Of a stretch of DNA of 64,000 nt, positions 13,591 through 27,110 are shown piece by piece. The first letter of the stretch is position 1. Every line of letters starts with the position of its first letter. A program made the position numbers and the translations under genes. Source of the stretch: Mobula hypostoma (taxonomy: Eukaryota). Location: assembly GCF_963921235.1 (NCBI RefSeq), contig NC_086100.1:203858001-203922000 (forward strand). The letters run 5' to 3'. A model generated the notes under the pieces. That model was not told where the DNA came from, did no database searches, and was given only the letters and a program-made list of their open reading frames with translations.

Positions 13591-15119
13591 AATTTCTGTG
13601 ACTTTAAATTGGACCTTTGCACCTTTGAAACTTCGAACCTTCAATCATCAGACTCTTGAAACAGAGGGGATAACATTACTCACTCCAACTCTGAACACTG
13701 AGCTATCTGTTTTAGTATGGTTAGAAAAGTATCTTACAATACACTACCCAGTCCCAAGGTCAGCGTGAGTCGATATCGGATACCGGGAGGACGCTCGGAG
13801 TCTCCGACACGATAATGGGACTATCAAAACAAGGCGTGATCCGATATTTAACCGCAAAGCCCAACAGCCCTCTTTGGCCAGTGAAAAGATCATCCGACTG
13901 CTGGAGAATGACAGGTGATATTGGCAGCTGAATGAACTCGCCTCTCGTTAGCTGCTGCCGTCCTGGTCACAGTGACTTCAGTGGAGACAGAAGCTGTTAC
14001 AGAGGGAAGTGAATTGACGGCGAGACACAAACGACCCACTATGACGTGGGTGCTCTCGGAGGGCTCAGCAAACAAGTTGGGAAGGGCCCAGCAAGCCCCT
14101 ATTGCGAAAGAAAACTTGCAGACTGAGCAAGTGAGAGCCCGGAGCGAGTCAGCAAGTTGCATAAACGTGTCTCCCACATACTGCCCGGAGAGTTATACAG
14201 AGATCATTGAACGTCCTATCCCAGAATCATCCCCTCCCTCCCTTTACGGTGGGAGTGCCGTATGGACAGTACGAAGCGAACACCACACCTATTTTTTTTG
14301 CTGGAAATCTGGCGTGCAGGAAAGCTGCTGCATTTAACTCAGTCACAGAAAACACTTTGCAGCAACAGGTCAAGGGAAAGCTTTCCGGAGAAACCAGCTG
14401 CCCACATTAGATAGGGGGCTGGCCCTGCCCGGATATGGCAGGCCGATTGCAACGGACACCTGTCACAGTAGCATCGATTGAAACGCTTGCTCTCGAATGG
14501 GTGACGCATTTTCAGGTCTATTAATGGCAATTCCCTGTACATAGACTAATCAGGATCTTACTCTGAAGGGATTGCTGGTTAATCAGTTGTCGGGGGACCT
14601 GCTGAGAAATATAACCTGAAAATTTATTTCATTTCTCAAATAAGCCGAGTGAAAGACGAGGTTGCCAATGAAGGTGAATCACAGATCCTCTTACCCCGAG
14701 GCATCATGGCTGATTAAGTAAATCAAAGGGCTCTGGAAGAAGCGGGTTCGACCATGAACACCAACCCACAACATACAGGGGTGGCTGACTGTACCACTCC
14801 AAGTCTTGTGCAACCTGAACAACAGACCTGTACCCCGGGTGTAACTGATGACCAGAATGATCAGCGGTGCTGTGGCACCAGAGGGAGAGGCAAACACTGT
14901 AAAAGGACTCCCAGAGGGAAACGAAGTTATCGTTACACGTTGCAAATTGTCTGTTTTGCAGGGGGAGATTTTTGCAAATGGAGATGGTGACATATACTGT
15001 GAAAGGTCACCTGACGCGTTCAAACAGGGAGAAATTGTCCAAGTCAGAAAGATTGCCTCGCATGCTGGGCCAAGGGCTGGTCCTCCGAAATAATAACTTC
15101 TAGAAATTTAAAGTTGCTG

Positions 15120-15610
15120 ACCCTCTACATCTCTGACTCTCTGATGAGGACTGGCTTATGCGCCTCTGGTTTTCTTCTCTTGAAATCTATATCACCTCCT
15201 TGGTCTTACTGACATTGTGAGGGGTTGTTGTTATGAAACCTTAATCATAGTCATAGTCATACTTTATTAATCCCTGGGGAAATTGGTTTATTGGTTAAAC
15301 CACTCCGCCAGATTGTCATTCTCCCTCCTAATGCCGATTCATCGCCACCTTTGATGTGGCCAACACAACTGGTCATTAGCAAACTGGTATATGGCACTTG
15401 AGCTGTACTTCGCCACACAACAGAAGTGTAAAGGAAGCAGAGCAGGGGACCAAGCACACAGCCTTGTGGTGCCCTTGTGCTGATAAGTATCGTCGAGGAC
15501 ATGTGGCTGCCAATGTGAACTGACTGGTGTCTGCAAGCGAGGAATTCCCAGATCCAGTTGCGCAGGGAGTTATTGAGGCCAATGTCTTGTAGTTTATTGG
15601 TGACTTGGGT
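15120..15610 (-). mobile_element. Rex1/Babar-like LINE RT fragment
   Basis: KLQDIGLNNSLRNWIWEFL..RHQSV.IG...STRAPQGCVLGPLL..LYT in ORF 15257..15634. Confidence 0.8.
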
Positions 15611-18600
15611 TAATTGATCGGTTATATGGTTCAATTCCGTGAGATGTTTTCAGCACCAAAGGTTTTGGTCATGTAGCAGCTTTGTGCAGGGGTAAAATGT
15701 GGTGAGGGACATTATTATCTTAATTGTGGAGAAGTCTTTCGGTCATTGTGAAGGGGATCATAGCTTTGTGTATTCAGGGCGTCCTGTATATTCAGTGTGT
15801 TCATCTGGAAATGGACATTTCATATTCAGAGGCTTTTCAGAAAGTACAGACGATGGTGCCAATGTGACCATTTTGTATCCAGAATACATATAGATTCAAT
15901 CAATTTGTGAAGTGCATGATTTTATAACAAAGGATTCGTAGATTAAGCTTGTCACTTTCATGGACGATGTGGTAAATTGTACAGCACAGACTAAACGTTG
16001 GAGAAAAAAATAAAATCATTTAAAAGCGGCAGAGAAACACCTCGAGATAAAATACTGAACACTTGAAGTAGTCAATGCTGCTTGACAAGGGGGTAACTGA
16101 TATTCTGACTTCAAAGAAAGGTTGTTAATGTTTTTTGTAATCCTACAATAAAATGCTGGAACTTTGCTAGCTAACGGTGTAGAATTTAAGAAACTTATTG
16201 AAGATTTACTAAATAAACCTGATGCTACTGTATATGTATACAGGAAATCTGATTGACATCTGGTCTACGTGTTAAAATACAAGGTTATGTTGATGTAGAA
16301 TGTGATTGGAAAATTGGTAACAGAGGAAGAGAGGCTACTTTTGTTAAAAATTGGATAGCACTAGAGTTATGGGAATTGAAGTTGTTTCTCATGCCTTGTT
16401 GATTCAAGTGCTCATCGAGATGCTCTGTAAACAGCTGTCTACACCACCTCCTCCGTGGGTGTGTTCCAACTTATAACGTTCCTCTGGGTGAAGAACAAAT
16501 TCGTTATCGAAACTTCTCTAAGCTTCTCACTGTTCAGCTGAAACATCTTACCTCTGAAACATCTTACCTTTTTCTACAGTCAGAGTTACTGAGCACAGCA
16601 GCATACGATTTTGCCCAGGTCATGCATGCCTATCTGAGCTGGACCCATTTGCCTGAATTTGACCCTTATCCTTCTGATCCTACTCCTGTCCTGTTCCCAG
16701 ATAAGTGTCTTTCAATTGATCTATTTGTCCTCCTTTCTACTACTTCCTGGGAGTCCATTCTGAATATTTGTCACTCTGTGTTAAAGAATTCTCCCTCTTA
16801 TATCCTTTAAATATTTCCCCTCTCAACTTAAACCTTATGCTGCCTACTCTGTGACTAACAAAACACACTGACTGCTCCTCTACCTGTACCCAATCTCTAA
16901 ATTCAATCACCCATCCCTGTTGCACCCTTGCGACTCTCTCCAGTGCAATCACATTCATCTTGAAGTGTGCCAGTATTTTAGCCACGGCCTAACTAATATC
17001 TTTTAAAAACATGTCCCCCAGTTTGCGAGGGCAACTTTTGCATTGGCTTTTTAAAAACCTTTTAAAAAGCTTTTAAAAACGAACAGAATCAAAGTTCAAA
17101 AGTTCAGAGTACATTTATTTTCTAAGTATATATACTGTACAGGCAGCCCCAAAACTAAGAAACACAATAGAACCCATCAAAGAGCGAAGACCGTCAAACA
17201 CCCATTGTGCATAAAAAGCAGATCGTACAAACAATAAAATTAAGCAAATAACATTAGGAACTGAAGTTCTCGATAATAAGTCCGCATCTATGAAACCAGT
17301 CATCAGTGCAGCCGATTCAGGAGCCCTTTAGTTGCTGGCCAGCACAGAGATGAGGAAACCTCACGGAGCAGTGAGCTGAACTGTCCCGGCCCTGGTCTCC
17401 AGCCACAACACTATATTCTTTCACATCTGGTCCGACACTTCAACTTTCCAAATCTCGTGTCGTTCCATCCCTTTGCTCTCGGGATCTGTCGCTTCACAGC
17501 ACTCTCAGCCATCTTAATCCGGAATGCAACTAAAACAAAGCAGTAGGGATAGAAATGATGACATATCAGGGACAGCTAGCCAGTAACAAAACAGTTTTCT
17601 TTTTCACATCTGCAGTATAAGGAGTACAAGAGAGGCAAGAGTGGATATCCGATCATTGCCTGAAAGTCAAGTGTGTCAGAGAGCGGAAGTGTGAATTGCT
17701 AGTACTACTGAGAAGCTACTTGGAAAGCTGAACACTTTGCAGGTAGATAAGTCATCTGTTAGCTGAAGAGATTGGAGATACGTTGATAATGATCGTCTGA
17801 GAACCACTATATTGTGGAATTCTTCCAGAGGATTGGAAAATGACAAATGTCCCTCCACTGTTTACGAATGGATAGGCAAAAGAGAGGAAATTATAGGTTA
17901 GTTAGCCTTCTTTCAGTCATTTTAAGTGTTGGAGTCCATGATTAAAGATGCGATTTCTGGGTTCTTGGAGGCACATGATAAAATAGGCCGATCAGCATGG
18001 ATTCCTATGTACCTGACGCTCTCCCTCCTTCCCTAGATTGTTAGCCACACATTTAATTGTATTACCTTACCAGCTCTTTCCTCACAAGCATGTGACACCG
18101 GATTTAATCCTGACATCACCACCCCAAAGTTCCTACTCCTTAACTTTATGCTGAACTCCCTAAATTCTCTTTGCAGAACCTTGGCTCTCTGTTGTTCTGA
18201 TAAGGAAAACGACTTATGGCTGCTCACCCTGCCCTTTCAGAATGACCTGTGCCTTCTCAGAGACATCCTTGGCCTGGCACGATAGTGGTAACGCACCGTC
18301 CTGCAATCTCACTTTTACCACAGGTACTCCTGTCTCTGCCCCCCACTAAACCCCCCCCCATTTGATTTATATCCTCCTATTTTCTGTATATTTATGAGTT
18401 TATCTGATAGCCTCTTTGTAATGATTTTAAAAAAATAATTCAATGTTCTTGTTTGATTCAGCTCAGGGTATTTACATGTGAACTTGCAAACAAAGGAGAC
18501 TACACAGGTGTTAAAACAAAGCAATTTATTAAAGTCATATGACTTTAATACAGAAAGAAAAACAATCGTCTACAGTAGTAGCCGTACAGAAATCAAAATA

Positions 18601-19461
18601 ATACTTACCGTCCACTAAGCAAGCCGATCGCACTGTTGGAGGGGAAACACAAAATCTACACTGTCACCCTCGCTCGCACCCTCTCCCTCGCACCCTTCTG
18701 CCTCGCACCCTCTCCCTCGCGTTGTCTCCTGCTCGCGCTCACTTTCTCCGTCTCTCACGGAGCTACAGGTGAACGTAACCGCACTTTGCCTTCCATTGTA
18801 AGGGAGGTTAAAATTCTCTTACAGGGAGAGAGTTCAATACGGAGTGAGAAGGGAGAACCTACTGGTAGAGAAGGGAAAAAGAGGGTGAAGGATGGAGGGG
18901 TTATGAGGGAGCAGAAGTGGTTGCTACAGACGGAAATATACTCCAAAATCAGGCAGTTTTGTCAGAACCGGGAAGCAGGGGAAACCGGTTTGCCGCAAGC
19001 TTCAATTTAACAGGGCCGGACGTGAGGTGAAAAGGGGATTTCTCTGGGATGGTGAGGTCAGTGATGCCGTCGGGATCAGCTTTAAACAGCTGTTTTGTAA
19101 ATCTAAGGCAACACACACAAAACGGGAAAAGAGTAAACAGTTGACTGGACTCTGATGGAGGGTCTCGCCCCGAAACGTCGACAGTTTACTATTTTCCACA
19201 GATGCTGCCTGGCCTGCTGAGTTCCTCCAGCATTTTGTGTGTGGAAAAGAGTAAAGAGTCGATGCTTTAGGGCCACATTGTCCTGATGACCGTCATCAGG
19301 ATCTGATTTTCTGAGTGTTGTTTTGTATTTTAAGCATTCTGCAGATTTTCTCGTGTTTGTTTTCTAACTCTGTTCATCACGTTGTTTCCATTTCCCACAA
19401 GTGAGGGGATAGAATAGGGAGCATGAAGGCAGCTGAACTGTAATACTTTACAGCATTTATT

Positions 19462-21820
19462 TTAACGTTTCATGAGTTTCAAAATCCGATTCAGTGGGTA
19501 TTTCGCCGCATGCATTAGTTCCTCTCGGAATTTGTTCTGAGTCAGGGCGTAAATACACGTGTTGGTGCATGAACTGAGAACCTGCAGCATTTCTGCTGTG
19601 TGGTCTGTGATGTAACGGGGATCCGTGACAGAATCAACATAGCTCATTGAAATCCGTTTATAGATAAAAAAATACCACGTATGTTCCCCACAACAATATG
19701 AAACTTGCGGTTATGCTGAAGAGTAAAACGATGGATTTGCGTCGGTTCTCCATCTCCCGGTCCTTGTCATTGTCTGCACCCTTTTGTCCCCGGAACCATC
19801 TGCGAACTCTACTGGCCTCTAGAATCCGCCTGACAATCATAATATTGAACAGCAACATCAGAGTGAATGGGGCACAAGGAACGAAAATGCGATGAAATAT
19901 CGTAAATATCAACCATGCGGGAGAGTTTTTGTAGCTCGGTGTATAAACACAATCCCAGGGAACACCATCAGTTATTTCTCGAGGCCCGTATGCAAAGGCC
20001 CAGGGGACGGTCTCCAAACAGGCCAGCACACTCACTGTCCCGATAACCACAGCCGCCGTTCTCTCGGTGCAATATTTTGTTTTCAGCTTCTCACAGCAAA
20101 TAGCCACAAATCGATCGACGGTGAAAGCGACAGTCAGCCAGACTGAGGCCGCCGTGATCGCAAAAACCAACCACAGACCGAGTCTGCACACAGGAGTAAT
20201 TCGCAGGAATGATCGGGGAAAATAGATTGTAGTCGTCCACCTCAGCAGCGGATCGGAGATAACGACCAGGAGATCGGCCGCTGCCATTCCCACCAGGTAG
20301 CGAGTGACACATTTGGAGAGACCGCACCTTCCCTGGGACAGGATCACAATTGCCACCAAGTTCGCTGGAGGAGAGAAAGGGATCAGCAAGTTGAGAAAAT
20401 GCTGAGAGGAAGCAGTTTGAGAGGATCCTGTAATACTTCAATTTTATCGTTGCATTGAGGAGTGGAAGGGTCGAGAGAGGGCACAGAGCTGGCAGAGACA
20501 GATGAAGAGTTTACACAGTAAAATAGTCAATATGATCTAAATACGTAATCCTTACCATGCCCGAAATGTGGTGGCAGCGGAAATCTAAAACTGGGTATGT
20601 ACTAACTCATTGTCAATACTGGATGGAACATTTTTACCGGCTCCTTCCGCGTCTCGTCTGGATGAAATGAATACATCCGGACGCTGATTGCGGGATTCCT
20701 CCATAAGACAATCATCAAATTCCTTGGCGATCAGTGTAAGCGACAGAACAGCCGAAGGACGGAACAAAAACAGGAAATGCTGGAAACGCTCATCCAAGTG
20801 AAACGGAAAATGTGGGAAAGCAGTTAAAGTACCTCTCCTCAGAACTGTTTGCGGGGAGACCCCTCAGACGAGTGTTAACTGGTTTCTCTTTCTTTTCAAG
20901 CTGCATGTGGATTAGTGCTTCCAGCATTCCACGAGTTTGTTTCCAATTCCAGCATTTGCCACTTCACTGACTTTACAGCAGAATACCGACTGCTTCCAAC
21001 AGATACAGCGCAGTCTGACACAACTTCACATACAGGTATGACACCTCCCACTGAGTCCATCACAGGGAAGCAGGGGAGAGGAATTCAATATCCAGGTGTA
21101 AACTCGGTGCCGAAGTCAGATGTCTATAACTGCGCCAGGTGTAGATATAATTGAATACATTTCACAGTATTGATAACTATGAAGCACCGCGTCGGTTGCG
21201 TCAATTGGCTCAGTATTGAGTTTATTGTGTTGTCCACGAACTGCTTTATATACAGTAATATCGCACATGTTTATTAAATGTCCACAACAGTTTTATTTTA
21301 CAACGTAGAACTCCTCACATTTGCTAAAGTGTTACTACTAGTCCACAGTTTGATTGTTGCATCTAACTCGGAAAATCGCTCACGTACAAATGCAGACAAT
21401 TAATTGATATGATCTCCGCGGGCTGTATAAACACAATATTTGCAAATGCAGTGCATCTGCTACAAGACCAAAAACAAAGAGACCCGAACATCCCATTATT
21501 GATCACAAACAGCTGGGCGAATGCTGCCTGACCTGTTCAGTTCCATTGAAGTTGTTTGATGTGCTGTATTCTTCCAACTGGTTGTATTTAGAATCAGATC
21601 CCAGAATCTACAAACCCGGTGTTTACACTCCATTCCTGAAATACAGAACACTGAGACTGGACAGATGACAGTGGAAAGCAGCGACAGGGCAATCACAACA
21701 GTGGAATTAAACTTCATTTCCCACCCACAGAAGCTGACACTGCGTCTTACCGGGAATTCCAAAGGCTGAAATAAAAGGATAGTAAACGTCTTCTATCCGC
21801 CAGATGACCGGATACACCAT
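19462..21820 (-). pseudogene. Two-exon GPR139/GPR142-like class A GPCR; exon 1 21820-21751, exon 2 20364-19462; one +1 frameshift in a homopolymer at 19666-19672 (pseudogene or sequencing error)
   Basis: Exon 1 MVYPVIWRIEDVYYPFISAFGIP ends G|GTAAG; acceptor cctttctctcctccag|CG gives phase-1 A-NLVAIVIL; AAADLLV, SVWLTVAFTVDRFVAIC, KYCTERTA, ENRRKSIVLL, LSSCTNTCIYALTQNKFREEL; removing one T restores a 323-aa 7TM ORF. Confidence 0.88.
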
Positions 21821-21890
21821 TTCAGCGAGAATCTGAGATTTCTGTTGCTCCTGAATTCACTTTGCGCTGATGTGTTCAAAGCGGCTCTGA

Positions 21891-21896
21891 TATATA
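21891..21896 (-). promoter_or_regulatory. Candidate TATA box of the GPR139-like gene
   Basis: TATATA about 70 bp upstream of the exon 1 ATG; positional evidence only. Confidence 0.3.
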
Positions 21897-22179
21897 CAGA
21901 GGATCAGTCTCTAGAGATACTGTTATACCCCCGAATAACTTTGTTAGTTACGGTCACATGAACAAACACTTAAATTTAATGCCAGTCTCTGATGTAAATC
22001 ACAGACAAGAGAAATACTGCATTTGCAGGAAATCCAAGCAACACCCACAAAATGCTGGAGGAACACAGTAGGCCCGAAAGGTCGACTGTACACTTTTCCT
22101 CAGATGCTGTCTGGCCTGCTGAGTTTCTCTAGCATTTCGTTTCTGTTTTTCTGATGTAAATATTGGACCGATTGGAGAC

Positions 22180-24546
22180 AAATATATTAAAATTCTTGGG
22201 CAACAATAGTGACTCCTGGGGTAGAGATACTGTAATGCCGGAGAGGCGTGACCTGTACAAAAAGGACGGGTTACACTTGAATCCTAGGGGGACCAATATC
22301 CTGACAGGGAGATTAGCGGGGGCTACTGAGGTGACTTTAAACTAGAATGGTTGGGGGATGGGAATCAAATTAAAGTGGCTAGGCGTGAGGAGGTTAGTTC
22401 ACAACAGAGGGATGGGAACCAGTGCAGAGAGACAGAGGGGTGTAAAGTGAGCGTAGAAGCAAAAAGTACAAAGGAGAAAAGTAAAAGTGGCAGGCCGACA
22501 AATCCAGGGCAAGCATTAAAAAGGGCCACTTTTCAACATAATTGTACAAGGGCTAAGAGAGTTGTAAAAGAGCGCCTGAAGGCTTTATGTGTCAATGCAA
22601 GGAGCATTCGTAATAAGGTGGATGAATTGAAAGTGCAGATTGTTATTAATGATTATGATATAGTTGGGATCACAGAGACATGGCTCCAGGGTGACCAGGG
22701 ATGGGAGCTCAACGTTCAGGGATATTCAATATTCAGGAGGGATAGACATGAAGGAATGGGAGGTGGGGTGGCGTTGCTGGTTAAAGAAGAGATTAACGCA
22801 ATAGAAAGGAAGGACATAAACCGGGAAGATGTGGAATCGATATGGGTAGAGCTGCGTAACACTAAGGGGCAGAAGACGCTGGTGGGAGTTGTGTACAGGC
22901 CACCTAACAGTAGTAGTGAGGTCGGAGATGGTATTAAACAGGAAATTAGAAATGTGTGCAATAAAGGAACAGCAGTTATAATGGGTGACTTCAATCTACA
23001 TGTAGACTGGGTGAACCAAATTGTTAAAGGTGCTGAGGAAGAGGATTTCTTGGAATGTATGCGGGATGGTTTTTTGAACCAACAAGTCGAGGAGCCAACT
23101 AGAGAGCAGGCTATTCTGGACTGGGTATTGAGCAATGAGGAAGGGTTAATTAGCAATCTTGTCGTGAGAGGCCCCTTGGGTAAGAGTGACCATAATATGG
23201 TGGAATTCTTCATTAATATGGAGAGTGAGATAGTTAATTCAGAAACAAAGGTTCTGAACTTAAAGAGGGGTAACTTTGAAGGTATGAGACGTGAATTAGC
23301 TAAGATAGACTGGCAAATGACACTTAAAGGATTGACGGTGGATATGCAATGGCAAGAATTTAAAGGTTGCATGGATGAACTACAACAATTGTTCATCCCA
23401 GTTTGGCAAAAGAATAAATCAAGGAAGGTAGTGCACCCGTGGCTGACAAGAGAAATTAGGGATAGTATCAATTCCAAAGAAGTAGCATACAAATTAGCCA
23501 GAGAAAGTGGCTCACCTGAGGACTGGGAGAAATTCAGAGTTCAGCAGAGGAGGACAAAGGGCTTAATTAGGAAGGGGAAAAAAGATTATGAGAGAAAACT
23601 GGCAGAGAACATAAAAACGGACTGTTAAAGCTTTTATAGATATGTAAAAAGGAAAAGACTGGTAAAGACAAATGTAGGTCCCCTGCAGACAGAAACAGGT
23701 GAATTGATTATGGGGAGCAAGGACATGGCAGACCAATTGAAAAATTACTTTGGTTCTGTCTTCACTAAGGAGGACATAAATAATCTTCCAGAAATAGTAA
23801 GGGACAGAGGGTCCAGTGAGATGGAGGAACTGAGTGAAATACATGTTAGTAGGGAAGTGGTGTTAGGTAAATGGAAGGGGATGAAGGCAGATAAATCCCC
23901 AGGGCTAGATGGTCTGCATTCTAGAGTGCTTAAGGAAGTAGCCCAAGAAATAGTGGATGCATTAATGATAATTTTTCAAAACTCATTAGATTCTGGACTA
24001 GTTCCTGAGGATTGGAGGGTGACTAATGTAACCCCACTTTTTAAAAAAGGAGGGAGAGAGAAACCGGGGAATTATAGACCGGTTAGCTTAACGTCGGTGG
24101 TGGGGAAACTGCTGGAGTCAGTTATCAAGGATGTGATAACAGCACATTTGGAAAGCGGTGAAATGATCGGACAAAGTCAGCATGGATTTGTGAAAGGAAA
24201 ATCATGTCTGACGAATCTCATGGAATTTTTTGAGGATGTAACTAGTAGAGTGGATAGGGGAGAACCAGTGGATGTGGTATATTTGGATTTTCAAAAGGCT
24301 TTTGAAAAGGTCCCACACAGGAGATTAGTGTGCAAACTTAAAGCACACGGTATTGGGGGTAAGGTATTGGTGTGGGTGGAGAATTGGTTAGCAGACAGGA
24401 AGCAAAGAGTGGGAATAAACGGGACCTTTTCAGAATGGCAGGCGGTGACTAGTGGGGTACCGCAAGGCTCAGTGCTGGGACCCCAGTTGTTTACAATATA
24501 TATTAATGACTTGGATGAGGGAATTAAATGCAGCATCTCCAAGTTT
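22180..24546 (+). mobile_element. Young CR1 LINE: end of ORF1 (esterase) plus ORF2 APE and RT, 3'-truncated
   Basis: ORF1 tail DLYKKDGLHLNPRGTNIL; ORFs 22351..23628 and 23704..24549 separated by one in-frame TAA; stops abruptly at CSISKF; near-identical to 36251-39340. Confidence 0.95.
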
Positions 24547-25844
24547 TGACACGAAGAGAAAATGGTGAAACAGTAGGTAAGTATTTGCACCGTTCAGTCC
24601 TTTAATATGCTACATAAACATTAATAAAGGACATCAAATAGTGCTGAAATTCTCCTGCTATAAACTGAGAATCTATTGGGAAACTGGGAATAGACTGAGG
24701 ATATTTTTTTCTCATTCTTCAATTGAATTTATGAACACGTGGAGGAGTGGAAAATGATCACCTCTACAAAGAGTCGATTTGGCCATAGCAGGAGTACGAT
24801 ATTTGTGAAATGATCTTTGATCCCATCTTCAGTCACCTGCCGAACTGTTAGCATCCTTCATCTTCACTAAATCCGACCCGGAATTTCCTATTGTCATTCT
24901 ATTGGCCAATGTGATCCTCTCTCGCAGCCCAGTCTTCCTCAGACGGAACTACTTTCGCTGAGCCTTATGGAAGACATACTATTGATGGCAGTCGTTTCCC
25001 TCACAATGGATAGCAGTTATGACAGGACATCTCTGTAAGAATGCCTTGCTGGGCCAGGACATCTCTGTAAGAATGCCTCACAACTGTCCCTTGGTCACAA
25101 ACATCTGCAGCTGCTTCATCAAAGACTTTCAATTCACCGCAATCTTCAAGTGTAGTGTTCGCGTATGATTTCATCAGCTTCGATTTCATTTGAAAATTTT
25201 AATATTCACCAGAACCCCTTGCAACTCGTTCGATTCCGAGGCAGAAAGCTCGGTTTCAACAAGCTGTCCGATTACTAAAATATCACACTTGATAATTATT
25301 CCAGTAGATCTTTTTCGTTCACTCCCTAACGCCTTTCCATCTTTGCTGAAGGATGACACCCACAGATGAACACCTAACACTGACATAAACAGAATATACT
25401 GAATATTAAATTGATCAGGCGGTAGCTGTGTAAAGATAATGCTGTTTGCGGAGTAGTTAACAGGGCTTTTTCTTTTTGTCCATTTCCATCACCGTGATTT
25501 TTGATTCCATTTTCATAGTCTGTAGTATTTTCTTCAATCGGCAACGACCTTCCAACCCATCTCCGAGTCCGTCCGGCACTACCAGCGTATGTGACTGGAC
25601 ATGCATTAAACGCCCAACACTCCTCCTGTCCGATTCCACAGAACCACTGAGTTGTGAAGATGCTCATTTACGTTGATTAGTGCACTATACTTTCACATAT
25701 ATTTTCTCACAACAGTTCATACCAGTTCTCGTAATGTGAATTCTATCTGCTAAGACACTGCTATGGCTTGACTTGGATCATTCCTGATTTCATGAACTCA
25801 TTACGTCCGATAAAATCAGTACTAACGTGTTCTGAGGAGGGGTA

Positions 25845-26750
25845 TACTCAATATATACGTTAGCTGATGACACCACAATTGTAGGCCGTATCTCGGAAAA
25901 TGATGAGTTTGAGTACAGAGAAGAAGTTAAGAACCTGGTGGCATGGTGCGAAGACAATAACCTATCCCTCACTGTCAGCAAGACGAAGGAACTGGTTGTT
26001 GAATTCAGGAGTAGCGGACCGCACAACCCCATCTAGATCAGTGGTGCGCAGTTCCTCGGGGTCAATATCACAAATGACCTGACTTGCTCTAACCAAGCAG
26101 AGTCCACTGCCAAGAAGGTCCACCAGCGCCTCTACTTCCCGAGAAAGCTAAAGAAATTTGGCCTGTCCTCTAAAACCCTCAATAATTTTATAGGTGCTTC
26201 TTAGAAAGCATTCTTCTAGGGTGCATCACAACCTGGTATGGAAATTGTCCTGTCCAAGACCGATAGAAGCTGCAGAAGATCGTGAACACAGCGCAGCACA
26301 TCACGCCAACCAATCTTCCGTCTGTGGACTCACTTTACACCGCACGCTGTCGGAGCAGTGCTGCCAGGATAATCAAGGACACGACCCACCCAGCCAACAC
26401 ACTTTTCGTTCCTCTTCCCTCCGGGAGAAGGCTCAGGAGCTTGAAGACTTGTACGGCCAGATTTGGGAACAGCTTCTTTCCAGCTGTGATAAGACTGCTG
26501 AATGGATCCTGACCCGGATCTGGGCCGTAGCCTCCAAAAATCCGGACCTGCCTCTCGCTTTTTTTGCACTACCTTACTTTCCCTTTTCTATTTTCTATTT
26601 ACGATATATAATATAAATTTTTATCATATTTACTATCGGTTTGTATTCCAGGGAGCGCGAAGCGTAGAATCAAATGTGATTATTGTACGTTCTTGTATCA
26701 ATTGTTTGGTGACATTAAAGTAATAATGTAATGAAGTAATAAAGTAATTA
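25845..26750 (+). mobile_element. Rex1/Babar-like LINE 3' fragment
   Basis: ADDTTIVG, WCEDNNLSLTVSKTKELVV, IIKDTTHPANTLFVPLPSGRR motifs; AT-rich repeat tail near 26715-26750. Confidence 0.85.
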
Positions 26751-27110
26751 CATGTCCCACTTGCAAGGTTAAGTACTGGGAAGAGTACCTGTGGAGTGGG
26801 ACAAATGTTAGTAGTTGGGAGAAAAATGTGCTTGGTGGTGAGATACAATTGGATATGGCAGAAGTTACAGAGAATTATGTGCTGGACGCGGAGGCTGGTG
26901 GGGTGGTATGTGGGGACAAGAGGAAAACTATCCATGGTATGGGGCGGGAGTATCTGGTAAGAGCAGATGTGCATTAAATGGCAGAGATGCATTTAAGGGC
27001 AGCGTTGGTAATGGTGGAAGAAGGAGCTTCTTTGAAAAAGGAGGACATCTCCTTTGTTTTTTGAATGAAAGAGCTACATTCTGAGAGCAGATGGGGTGGA
27101 GACGGAAGGA
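26750..27110 (-). mobile_element. Penelope-like element fragment
   Basis: FPLVPTYHPTSLRVQHIILCNFCHIQ, matching the Penelope copies at 32750-34400 and 40810-42015. Confidence 0.7.

Noticed and set aside
14754..14990. Cys/Arg-rich 78-aa ORF as a second defensin-like peptide
   Set aside because: No signal peptide and cysteine spacing does not fit beta-defensins
20551..20610. Alternative GPCR exon 1 ending at a GTAAGG donor
   Set aside because: Encodes YIPSFRFPLPPHFGH, lacking the YYP..A.GIP TM1 start found at 21820-21751
22716..23492. Long antisense ORFs over CR1 copies (also 36322-37014, 38497-39012)
   Set aside because: Shadow frames of LINE ORF2 with no independent evidence
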